Shown: piece by piece, positions 56,358-64,000 of the stretch
Layout: the number at the start of each line of letters is the position of its first letter
Position numbering within the stretch: position 1 is the stretch's first letter
Origin: Chthoniobacterales bacterium
Lineage (GTDB): Bacteria > Verrucomicrobiota > Verrucomicrobiia > Chthoniobacterales > Chthoniobacteraceae
DNA: 64,000 nucleotides
Assembly: GCA_038207335.1 (NCBI GenBank)
Contig: JBBQZX010000006.1
Location: 128,001 to 192,000 of the forward strand
Reading direction: 5' to 3'
Program-made: the position numbers and the translations under genes
Notes under the pieces: generated by a model
Databases searched by the model: none
What the model saw: the letters and a program-made list of their open reading frames with translations, nothing else
What the model was told of the DNA's origin: nothing

Positions 56358-58853
56358 CTATCGGCTGCGCGGCTCGACGCCGAGGAGATTGCGGACGAAG
56401 AAATCCATGCGGCGGCGGGCGGCGTAAGGGCTTTCTCCGGCGCCGTGTCCCGCGCCGGGGACGATGAGGAGGTCGAAGTCTTTGTCGGCTTTGATGAGGG
56501 CGTTGACGACCTGCATCGAGGAGGAGGGGTCCACGTTTTTGTCGAGTTCGGCGAAGGTCAGGAAGAGCTTGCCCGTGAGCTGGTTGGCGTGCGTGACGTT
56601 GGAGTTATCCGCGTATTCGGGGCCGACGGGCCAGCCCATCCACGCCTCGTTCCACCAGATTTTATCCATTCGATTGTCGTGGCATCCGCAGTCGGCGGCG
56701 GCGGCTTTGTAAAATTCGCCGTGGAAAAGGAGCGCGCCGAGCGCGCTCTGCCCGCCGGCGCTGCCGCCGTAGATTCCGACGCGGGTGAGGTCCATTTCGG
56801 GGCGCGTTTTCGCGGCCGCCTGCATCCACGCGATGCGGTCGGGGAAGCCGGCGTCTTTCAAGTTTTTCCAGCAGACATCGTGGAAGGCGCGCGAACGCCA
56901 GTTCGTGCCCATGCCGTCGATTTGGACGACGATGAAACCGAGTTCGGCGATGCTCCGCTGCTGGATTTCCAAGCCCCATTCCTTCGGCACAAACGCATCG
57001 TGCGGCCCAGCGTAAATCTTTTCGATCACGGGATATTTTTTTGCCGGATCGAAGTTGGAGGGGCAAATGATGATGCCGAAAATGTCGGTCGTGCCGTCGC
57101 GCCCTTTCGCGGTGAAACGCTCGGGCGCGCGCCAGCCGGTGGCGGTCAGTTTTTCGGCGTCGGCAGATTGGAGCGGGCAGACGAGTTGCCCGTCTTCGGC
57201 GCGGCGCAGCACGGTCGTCGGTGGCAAATCGACGCGCGACCAAGTGTCGAGCAGCCAGCGGCTGTCGGGTGAAAATTCCCAGCGATGGGTGCCGTCGCCT
57301 TCAGTGAGAATCGTGAGTCCGGTGCCGTCGAAATTCACCCGCCCGAGGTGCAGAAAGTACGGGTCTTCGCCGGGGCGAATGCCGGACGCGGTGAACCAAA
57401 TCTGCCGTCGCTCGGGATCGACGCGCTCGACTTTCCGCACGACCCATGCGCCGCGCGTGATTTGATTTTTCACCTGCCCGGTCGCGCTGTCGTAGAGCCA
57501 CAAATGATTCCAGCCGTCGCGCTCAGACATCCAGATGATCTCGTTGGAGGCGTCGAGAAAGCGCAGGAAAGTCTTCTGCGAATAGTCGATGAAAGTGGGG
57601 CTCCGCTCCTCGACCAGCACGCTCGTTTCGCCGCTCGCGGCATCGACCGCGACGACGCGCAGGAGCTGATGTCCGCGCTGGTTGAAGAGGAAGGTGAAGC
57701 GGCTGGAGTCCGGCGCCCAGCGGAGCTCGGAGATGTTCCAGGGGTTCTGGAAAAGGGCGTCATCGACGGGGGTTTCGCGGCGCGTGGTGAGGTCGAAGAG
57801 GCGGGGTTTCTCGATGTCCACGCGGTCGCCGGCCTTCGGGTAGGAAAGCTCGTGGACCTTTGGCTGGAGCTGATCCGCGGGCGATGACTCGATGAGGGTG
57901 AGCTTGCGGGAATCGCCTTTTTTGACCTGCCGCACGATGACCTTTGTGCCATCGGGGGAGATGAGGACGGGCTCTTCGAAGGCATTCTCCGCGGTGCCGT
58001 CGGTGCTCAAGCGGACTTCTTCTTTCGTCTCGCGATTGGTGGCGAAGACATTCGCATCCCGCACGAAAACGCGCCACTGAGCGACGGCTTTTCCCTCCGC
58101 CGATGTGGGTGAGACCGCAGCCCGCTCCGGTTCCACGCGCGGCTCGAGGATGGCCTCCGCCTCGCTGTCCGCGCCCTCGAAGACTCCGAGCGTACGCCCG
58201 CTCTTCGCCACGAAGAGCCACACATGGCCGACGAATGTGTGCTGCCGCCGCGTCTCGCCTGGCTTCAAGGTGGCGTAGCGCACGCGCGCACCGGAGGGAT
58301 CGATCCAGAAGCAGTCGGCCTCCTCGGTCGTGTGATTGACGAAGGTGATCGCCGTCTCGTCCGCGGAATTGCGGCTCGGTCGCGCCTTAATGTCCGCCGG
58401 GAGCGTTGGCAGCGCGCCGCCTTCCGCAGGCCGGACTTCGTATTTTTGAAGATCGCATTCCCACCGCTTCCCCTCACTGCTGAAGCGCACCCAGCCCTCG
58501 CCAAATTCCAGCCGATCGATCCGCAGGCGCTCGGCGTCCGCCGGCTTTTTCGCGGCCACAGCGAGTGCCGTCGCGAGCCGTGCGTGATCGAAAGCCGGGC
58601 GCATTTCGCCTTTCGCCGCATCGACGAGCACGAACTCACTCCGCCCCTCGGGCTTTTCCTTCACAAACCAAAACGCCACGTTTCCCGCGAGCCACTGCGG
58701 CCGCACCTTTCCCCCGATGACCTTGCCAGCAAACAGCCTCCCGAGCGAAGCCGCCCGCTCGTAATCCGCCCGCGTGCCCTGCGCGTGAGCGTTGGTGAAA
58801 GGCGCGAGCGCGAGTACGCAGCAAAGAGAGAAGGGTCGGTAGAATCGGTGCAT
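56358..58853 (-). CDS. S9B/DPP IV-like peptidase with an inserted VHL beta-like domain
   Basis: Signal peptide from ATG 58853; DPPIV_N 'YPKAGD', 'ERDGWNHLW'; catalytic 'GGSAGG', 'DKNV', 'GAGH'. Confidence 0.9.
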   Translation of the reverse strand: MHRFYRPFSLCCVLALAPFTNAHAQGTRADYERAASLGRLFAGKVIGGKVRPQWLAGNVAFWFVKEKPEGRSEFVLVDAAKGEMRPAFDHARLATALAVAAKKPADAERLRIDRLEFGEGWVRFSSEGKRWECDLQKYEVRPAEGGALPTLPADIKARPSRNSADETAITFVNHTTEEADCFWIDPSGARVRYATLKPGETRRQHTFVGHVWLFVAKSGRTLGVFEGADSEAEAILEPRVEPERAAVSPTSAEGKAVAQWRVFVRDANVFATNRETKEEVRLSTDGTAENAFEEPVLISPDGTKVIVRQVKKGDSRKLTLIESSPADQLQPKVHELSYPKAGDRVDIEKPRLFDLTTRRETPVDDALFQNPWNISELRWAPDSSRFTFLFNQRGHQLLRVVAVDAASGETSVLVEERSPTFIDYSQKTFLRFLDASNEIIWMSERDGWNHLWLYDSATGQVKNQITRGAWVVRKVERVDPERRQIWFTASGIRPGEDPYFLHLGRVNFDGTGLTILTEGDGTHRWEFSPDSRWLLDTWSRVDLPPTTVLRRAEDGQLVCPLQSADAEKLTATGWRAPERFTAKGRDGTTDIFGIIICPSNFDPAKKYPVIEKIYAGPHDAFVPKEWGLEIQQRSIAELGFIVVQIDGMGTNWRSRAFHDVCWKNLKDAGFPDRIAWMQAAAKTRPEMDLTRVGIYGGSAGGQSALGALLFHGEFYKAAAADCGCHDNRMDKIWWNEAWMGWPVGPEYADNSNVTHANQLTGKLFLTFAELDKNVDPSSSMQVVNALIKADKDFDLLIVPGAGHGAGESPYAARRRMDFFVRNLLGVEPRSR

Positions 58854-58858
58854 GACAC

Positions 58859-60628
58859 CTACTCCCAGCGGGAGCTTTTGCTGCCGGCGAAGGCGACGAA
58901 GAGGCCGAGGATCACATGAAATGTGAGCACCCAAATGGCCAACTCCAGCGAGGCGAGGGGAGTCTTCGTGACGAGCTGAATGGCTTCGTAGTAACGCGTA
59001 TCGCGAAACGTCTGGATGAAGCCTGACCAGCCCCAAAATGAGGCGATGAATGGGCGCGTAATCCAGCCCAGCGCGGCCGGCAGCGCGAGGACGGCACCGC
59101 TGAGCGGAAGTTGGAAGCCAACGAGGTAGACCGAAACGAGCGAGGCTTGCTCCGCGCTTTTCATCAGGCTGGAAAGGCCGAGGCAGATCGATGTGAGCGC
59201 GCCGTTCACGAGTGTCAGGAGCGCGATTTGAATGATCAGATTTCCCGGAAGGCGGACGATGAGATTGACGAAGACGGCCATCCAGACGGACTGCGCGATG
59301 ACGAGAGTGCCGAGAAATGCGGCTTTCGATGCGATGTAGGATGCGGGGCGGAGGCCGGCGAATTTTTCCTTTTCAAAGATGAGGCGCTCCGAGGCGATCT
59401 CGCGCGCAGCGTTGTTCGAGCCGGTGAGAGCGAGGAGGATGACCTGGAACATGACGAGGCCGGAGACGAGGCCGCCGGCTTGGATGAATTCCGTGCGGTG
59501 GGCGAGTTCGGCCTGGATCTGTGCGAGGACTCCGCCGGAATCGCCAGTGAGCATCTTCAACTGCGGCAACCCATCGAGCGCGAAGATGACGACGAGGCAC
59601 GGAAATCCGACTAGGAGCGCGAGCTGCAAAAAGAGCTGTCCGCGATCACGCACGAAGAGGCGCCAGCGGCGGGTGAGAAGAACGGCGAACTGCGCAAAGG
59701 CTGATGGGGGCTTGGTTTCCGGGGCATCCGCGGGCCGCAGCGCATCCGGCGCGGGCTCGGCAGCGCCGGGCTCGAGGACGGGCTGTTGCTGCCATTGGTT
59801 GCTGGCGGCGGCGAGCTCGACGAGTGGTTTCGGGGCCGTGCGGGAGGCGAGTTCGGCGTAGTAGGCGGCGCGGTTTTTCTGCCAGGAGCGGTGCCAGTCC
59901 TCGGGGCGGCGGACGGCGAGTTGAGGGTAGAGTTCATCGGGGTGCGCGACTCCGAAGTAGTGTAGCAGCGTATCAGGTGCGCCGTGATACGCGATGTGGC
60001 CGTGGTAAAGGACGAGAACGCTGTCGTAGAGCGCGAGGTGGCGCAGACTGTGCGTGACGGAAAGGATGATGCGATTTTCGCGCCGCGAGAGCGCGTGGAG
60101 CAGGTGAACGATCTCATCCTCGGCCTGTGGATCGAGGCCGCTGGTCACTTCGTCGCACAGCAAAAGGTGCGGCGTGCAGACCATCTCGAGCGCGAGCGCA
60201 AGGCGGCGGCGCTGGCCGCCGGAGAGCAGGCTCACGCGGCGGTCGGTGAGATCTTCGATGCCCGTGTCCTGGAGGATTTGCTCGATGCGGGTTTCCTCGC
60301 CGTCGATGCGGCGGACGCGAAGACGGAGCGCGGTCTCGACGCTTTCCCACACGGTGAGGTGCTCGTAGGCGATGCCAAATTGCGGGACGTATCCGATCTC
60401 GTGCGGGTCGAAATCGCGCTCACTGGCGAGGTCGCGTCCATCCCACGAGACTTGGCCGATGGTTGGCTCACGGATGCCGGCGATCACTTTCAAGAGCGTG
60501 CTTTTTCCGCAGCCGGAGGGGCCGATGATCGCTGTGAAATGTCTGCGGGGAAAGTCGGCGGCGATCTCTGCGAGCAGAAATTGATCGTCTGGGCCGACCT
60601 GGAGGGAGAGGTCTTTGATCTCGAGCAC
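58859..60628 (-). CDS. ABC transporter, fused ATPase + ABC-2-type permease (ABCG-like order)
   Basis: 'GPSGCGKS', 'YVPQ', 'LSGGQ', 'CDEVTSGLD', 'VTH'; C-terminal TM helices with 'AAREIASERLIF'. Confidence 0.9.
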   Translation of the reverse strand: MLEIKDLSLQVGPDDQFLLAEIAADFPRRHFTAIIGPSGCGKSTLLKVIAGIREPTIGQVSWDGRDLASERDFDPHEIGYVPQFGIAYEHLTVWESVETALRLRVRRIDGEETRIEQILQDTGIEDLTDRRVSLLSGGQRRRLALALEMVCTPHLLLCDEVTSGLDPQAEDEIVHLLHALSRRENRIILSVTHSLRHLALYDSVLVLYHGHIAYHGAPDTLLHYFGVAHPDELYPQLAVRRPEDWHRSWQKNRAAYYAELASRTAPKPLVELAAASNQWQQQPVLEPGAAEPAPDALRPADAPETKPPSAFAQFAVLLTRRWRLFVRDRGQLFLQLALLVGFPCLVVIFALDGLPQLKMLTGDSGGVLAQIQAELAHRTEFIQAGGLVSGLVMFQVILLALTGSNNAAREIASERLIFEKEKFAGLRPASYIASKAAFLGTLVIAQSVWMAVFVNLIVRLPGNLIIQIALLTLVNGALTSICLGLSSLMKSAEQASLVSVYLVGFQLPLSGAVLALPAALGWITRPFIASFWGWSGFIQTFRDTRYYEAIQLVTKTPLASLELAIWVLTFHVILGLFVAFAGSKSSRWE

Positions 60629-60683
60629 GGGGGGCGGAGCTTTGCGAGTTGACCGCGATTTGTCAGGTGCAAATGTGGCGCGA

Positions 60684-62069
60684 ATGAATCGCCCCAGCAG
60701 CCGCCGAGCAAAGCCCAGTGGGCGCTGGCGCGTGATTGCTCTGTGGTCGGCAGGAGCGTCGATGGTGATCGCGGTCGCGGCGATCGTCGGGATGAAAATC
60801 GTGATCGAGCGGTATCTCCACAGCGATCGATTTCGCCAATTCGTGAGCCGGAAAACGGGTGAGACGCTGCACGCCGCGGGGGAATTGGAGCCGCTGGATT
60901 TCTCTGGCTCGAGCTTTTACACGGCGGGCTTCCGCGCTACGGGATCGGAGGCATCGGCGTTTTCGAAACTGCGGCTTGAGCAGGTCCGTGCGGATGTGAG
61001 CGCGCGGCGCATCCGGGATCGCGTTTGGCAGGTGGATCAGGTGACGGTGCAGCGGATGGAGTTGCGGCTCGACGGGCCGCGTGTGCCGCTCGCAGCGACA
61101 CCCGAGGAACCCGTGAGGCAGCCTCAGCAAAAGGATTCCGGCTGGTTGCCAAATCGCGTCGAAGTCGGTGCCGCGGCGATCCATGACACAAATTTGGAAT
61201 GGACGGATGGCGCGCTGCACGGTGCGCGACTGAAGATCATGCCGCGCGATGGGGGCTGGGATATGGAGGGCGAAGGCGGACGGATCGAGCAGGCGGGGCT
61301 TCCGCCCGTGGAGATCGCTAACGCGCATCTGAGATACCGCGCGCCGACGCTTTTCATCCAATCGGCCGAACTCCTGCAAAGCGGCGGAGGAGTGGCGAAA
61401 GTGACCGGGGAAGTGCGCCCCGTCGATGCGCTGGAGTTGCACGCGACGCTCACTGGCATCTCGATTACGCCTCTACTCGCTCCGGATTGGCGGGTGCGGT
61501 TGCATGGAAACCTGGCAGGCGAAATCGATGTTCGCAGCGCCCTGCCAGCGGGTTCCGCTGGGGCGGTCGTATCGGGAAAAGTGACGCTGCAAAACGGCCA
61601 ACTCGAGGCGTTGCCGGTGCTCGATGAGATTGCGGCGTTCACGCGGCTGCAGCAGTTTCGACGGCTGCCGCTGAGCCGTGCGTCGGCGGATTTCCGCGAG
61701 GAAAAAGGCCGGCTTGCCGTGCGAAATCTCGTGGCGGAATCCGCGGGGCTGGTCCGCGTGGAAGGGGAGTTTGCGGTCGTGGACGGTGCGATCGTCGGGA
61801 CTTTCTCTGTGGGCGTCACGCCATCGAGTTTGCAATGGCTGCCGGGCTCGCAGGAGCGCGTCTTTACGACCGCGCGCGATGGATACGTCTGGACGCCGAT
61901 GCGCCTCACCGGCCCGCTGGCTGCCCCCGTCGAGGATCTCTCACCGCGCCTCACCGCCGCCGCGCGCGGAGCGGTGATCGAGCGCGTGCAAACGACCGTC
62001 GAGCAAGGAGTGAAGACCGGCAGGGAAGCGGTGAAGAGCGCGCTGGATTTTCTGCTGCCGCCTCGCTGA
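60684..62069 (+). CDS. AsmA-like beta-strand-rich envelope protein
   Basis: N-terminal TM anchor; alternating beta pattern; 'SGKVTLQNG', 'PMRLTGPLAAP'. Confidence 0.6.
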   Translation: MNRPSSRRAKPSGRWRVIALWSAGASMVIAVAAIVGMKIVIERYLHSDRFRQFVSRKTGETLHAAGELEPLDFSGSSFYTAGFRATGSEASAFSKLRLEQVRADVSARRIRDRVWQVDQVTVQRMELRLDGPRVPLAATPEEPVRQPQQKDSGWLPNRVEVGAAAIHDTNLEWTDGALHGARLKIMPRDGGWDMEGEGGRIEQAGLPPVEIANAHLRYRAPTLFIQSAELLQSGGGVAKVTGEVRPVDALELHATLTGISITPLLAPDWRVRLHGNLAGEIDVRSALPAGSAGAVVSGKVTLQNGQLEALPVLDEIAAFTRLQQFRRLPLSRASADFREEKGRLAVRNLVAESAGLVRVEGEFAVVDGAIVGTFSVGVTPSSLQWLPGSQERVFTTARDGYVWTPMRLTGPLAAPVEDLSPRLTAAARGAVIERVQTTVEQGVKTGREAVKSALDFLLPPR

Positions 62070-62075
62070 GCCCGG

Positions 62076-63239
62076 CTACTCGAGTTGGGTGTGAATCTCG
62101 ATGACGTGCAGGATGTCGTGGCGCGTGACGATGCCGACGAGCCTGCCATTTTCCACGACCGCGAGACGCCCCTGCGCCGGCGCAAGCAGCGTGCGCATCG
62201 CGCGCGCTGCCGATTCATCGACTCCGATTTGCAGCTTCGCCGAGCCGCTCTCTGAGACGAGATCGCCGACGGAGGTGTAAGGCCATTTTTCGCGCGGCAC
62301 GGTGCGGAGTAGCTCGAGCCGGAGGAGTCCGCGGAAGTCTCCTTCATCGCCGCAGACCGGGTAGGAGACGTGATGATGCGCGAGGAAAAAGTCGTCCACC
62401 GCGATGTTCAGCGGAAGCGACGCGGGGAGCGAAATCGGGTTCGGACTCATGATGTCGCGCACCTTCACGCCGGCGAGGACTTCGCGCTGGATGGCGTTGG
62501 CGTATCCGCTTTCCGCGGCATTTTTGAGGAAGATCGCGATGACGAAAAACACGAGCCCGTTCCAATTTCGCATTGCGAGCAGCAGCCACATGCCGAGTGC
62601 GATGAGCAGCCAGCTAAAGCCGATGCCGATGCGCGTGGTGATGAAGGTCGCCTGCCGCAGTTTGCCTGACCGTGCCCACAGAATTGCGCGCAGGACTCGT
62701 CCGCCATCGAGCGGATATCCCGGGATCATATTGAAGACCACGAGCGTCAAATTCGTGGCCGCGAGCCACCAGCAGACGGTCTCGGTTGCCCCCCAATCGA
62801 GTCTGGCAGCAGCCCATGCGATGGCGGAGTAGATGCCGATAAGCAGGACGCTGACGAGCGGCCCACCAAGCGCGATTTTCAACTCCGAGCGTGCGTCGTC
62901 CGGCTCACGTGCGATCTCGGCGATACCACCGATGAAGAGCAGCGTAATGCGAGGCACCGGGATGCCGCAGCGCTGGCTCACGAGGCTGTGGCCGAGTTCA
63001 TGGAGGAGGATGCTGAGGAAGAAGAGCGCTGCGGCGGACAGCCCCATCGCAAAATAGATCGCGCTCGTTTGGCCGGGATTCGCGTGCGGGAAGGCGTCGG
63101 TCGAGAGCGTGAAGGTGACGATCGATGCGATGAGAAACCACGAGTAATCGAGGAAGAACTCGATGCCGAAATAGCGCCCGATGAAGACGCCCCGGCGCCT
63201 GCGGGCAATGGGCGGTTTCGGGATAAGAGAGTCGTTCAA
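62076..63239 (-). CDS. Site-2 protease (M50, SpoIVFB-like) with tandem CBS domains
   Basis: 'LHELGH', 'FNMIPGYPLDGGR', CBS 'VRDIMS', 'LVGIVTRHDIL'; probable TTG start overlapping the upstream stop. Confidence 0.92.
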   Translation of the reverse strand: MNDSLIPKPPIARRRRGVFIGRYFGIEFFLDYSWFLIASIVTFTLSTDAFPHANPGQTSAIYFAMGLSAAALFFLSILLHELGHSLVSQRCGIPVPRITLLFIGGIAEIAREPDDARSELKIALGGPLVSVLLIGIYSAIAWAAARLDWGATETVCWWLAATNLTLVVFNMIPGYPLDGGRVLRAILWARSGKLRQATFITTRIGIGFSWLLIALGMWLLLAMRNWNGLVFFVIAIFLKNAAESGYANAIQREVLAGVKVRDIMSPNPISLPASLPLNIAVDDFFLAHHHVSYPVCGDEGDFRGLLRLELLRTVPREKWPYTSVGDLVSESGSAKLQIGVDESAARAMRTLLAPAQGRLAVVENGRLVGIVTRHDILHVIEIHTQLE

Positions 63240-64000
63240 TGGATTTTTGAAATCGGTGCAGCGCCCGCATCCACAGGCATCGCGGGTGCATCGGGGTTTG
63301 AAATCGGTGCCCAGTCGAACACGACGATTCCCTGGAGCAGGGGAGCTGGAGCGCGGAGGGCCACGCGCGCATTCGAACCTGGAAATCTCCCGGGCGGAAC
63401 AGGCGCACCGCCTCGCAGAGCGGCCTCGATCAACGATTCCGTGAGCGGCGGCTGCAACAGGTACCAGCGCACCGGATGCGAGAGCGGCCCGGCGAGGCAC
63501 GCGGTGAACGGCTCGCCGAAAGCGGTGCCGCTCACCCGCAGGTCGAGCGTCGGATCGTGCGGGCGGTTCTCGTGAAAGGTGAACGTCGCGTCCGTTTTCG
63601 CATCGACTTCGGGTCCGCCAGATATCGGGAGCGCTGAGATTTGCGCGGAGCCGGTCAACAGCGGTGCGCCGCTTGTGCCACCGAGATGCGCGTCGATACT
63701 GGCAATGCCGCCAACGCCGACGATGGGAACGCCGTCCGACGATTTAACCGCGATGTCGAGCCGGCACGATTTCCATCCGGAGCTGAGCGCTGCTGGCGCG
63801 GGCATTTTCACCATCCCCGAGCTGCGCCAAAGCGCGCTCAAGTCCGGCATTCGGCGAATGTCGAGGTTCGTGATGTCTGCGTCTCCGTGAAGGGTTGCGT
63901 TGCTGCACGGACCGGTGAGTTCCAGCGCGAGCGTACTTGACAGAAACGCGGGCAGGATTTCATGAGCCGGCTCTGGCGCAACATTCCCGGCGATCCCGGT
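63236..64000 (-). CDS. Partial (C-terminal) TamB/AsmA-like protein, running off the window edge
   Basis: Frame is open to 64000; 'DPTLDLRVSG...LAGPLSHP...QPPLTESLI' resembles a TamB C-terminus. Confidence 0.6.
   Translation of the reverse strand, partial: TGIAGNVAPEPAHEILPAFLSSTLALELTGPCSNATLHGDADITNLDIRRMPDLSALWRSSGMVKMPAPAALSSGWKSCRLDIAVKSSDGVPIVGVGGIASIDAHLGGTSGAPLLTGSAQISALPISGGPEVDAKTDATFTFHENRPHDPTLDLRVSGTAFGEPFTACLAGPLSHPVRWYLLQPPLTESLIEAALRGGAPVPPGRFPGSNARVALRAPAPLLQGIVVFDWAPISNPDAPAMPVDAGAAPISKIH

Noticed and set aside
58854..59036. N-terminal extension of the S9 peptidase ORF
   Set aside because: It overlaps the ABC gene; the signal peptide starts at 58853.
63240..63500. N-terminal extension of the M50 ORF
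   Set aside because: It overlaps the TamB-like gene in another frame.
1..64000. tRNA, rRNA, CRISPR, integrase or transposase
   Set aside because: None recognised by eye; a tRNAscan/Infernal run would be needed to exclude small RNAs.

Overview
This is a GC-rich bacterial chromosomal segment. Its gene repertoire suggests Verrucomicrobiota, Chthoniobacterales-like (inference): PSCyt/DUF1549-DUF1553 plus DUF1501 pair, 'EPLEARIAPA' extracellular protein, sulfatases, and a YYY-domain kinase. Core content: a beta-propeller/YYY kinase with a NarL-type regulator, gspD-gspE, MFS nucleoside symporter, gluQ, an M16 peptidase pair, DinG helicase, mreBCD-mrdA-rng followed by a phoB-phoR-like pair, a 2233-aa Calx-beta metalloprotease, PilT/PilU ATPase, hpnD-like synthase, SUV3-like helicase, S9 peptidase, ABC exporter, AsmA-like, M50-CBS and TamB-like genes. 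I found no rRNA, tRNA, CRISPR array or transposase. The best candidates for something new are: (1) a translationally coupled operon of an unknown membrane protein, a LolD-like ABC protein that has lost every catalytic motif, and hpnD; (2) a SUV3-like helicase, an atypical orphan kinase and a low-GC DUF2971 gene with an ADP-ribosyltransferase-like motif pattern; (3) several decayed gene relics in the spacers; (4) two short intergenic repeat families and Pho-box-like sites. All family assignments come from motif recognition by eye; no database search was run.
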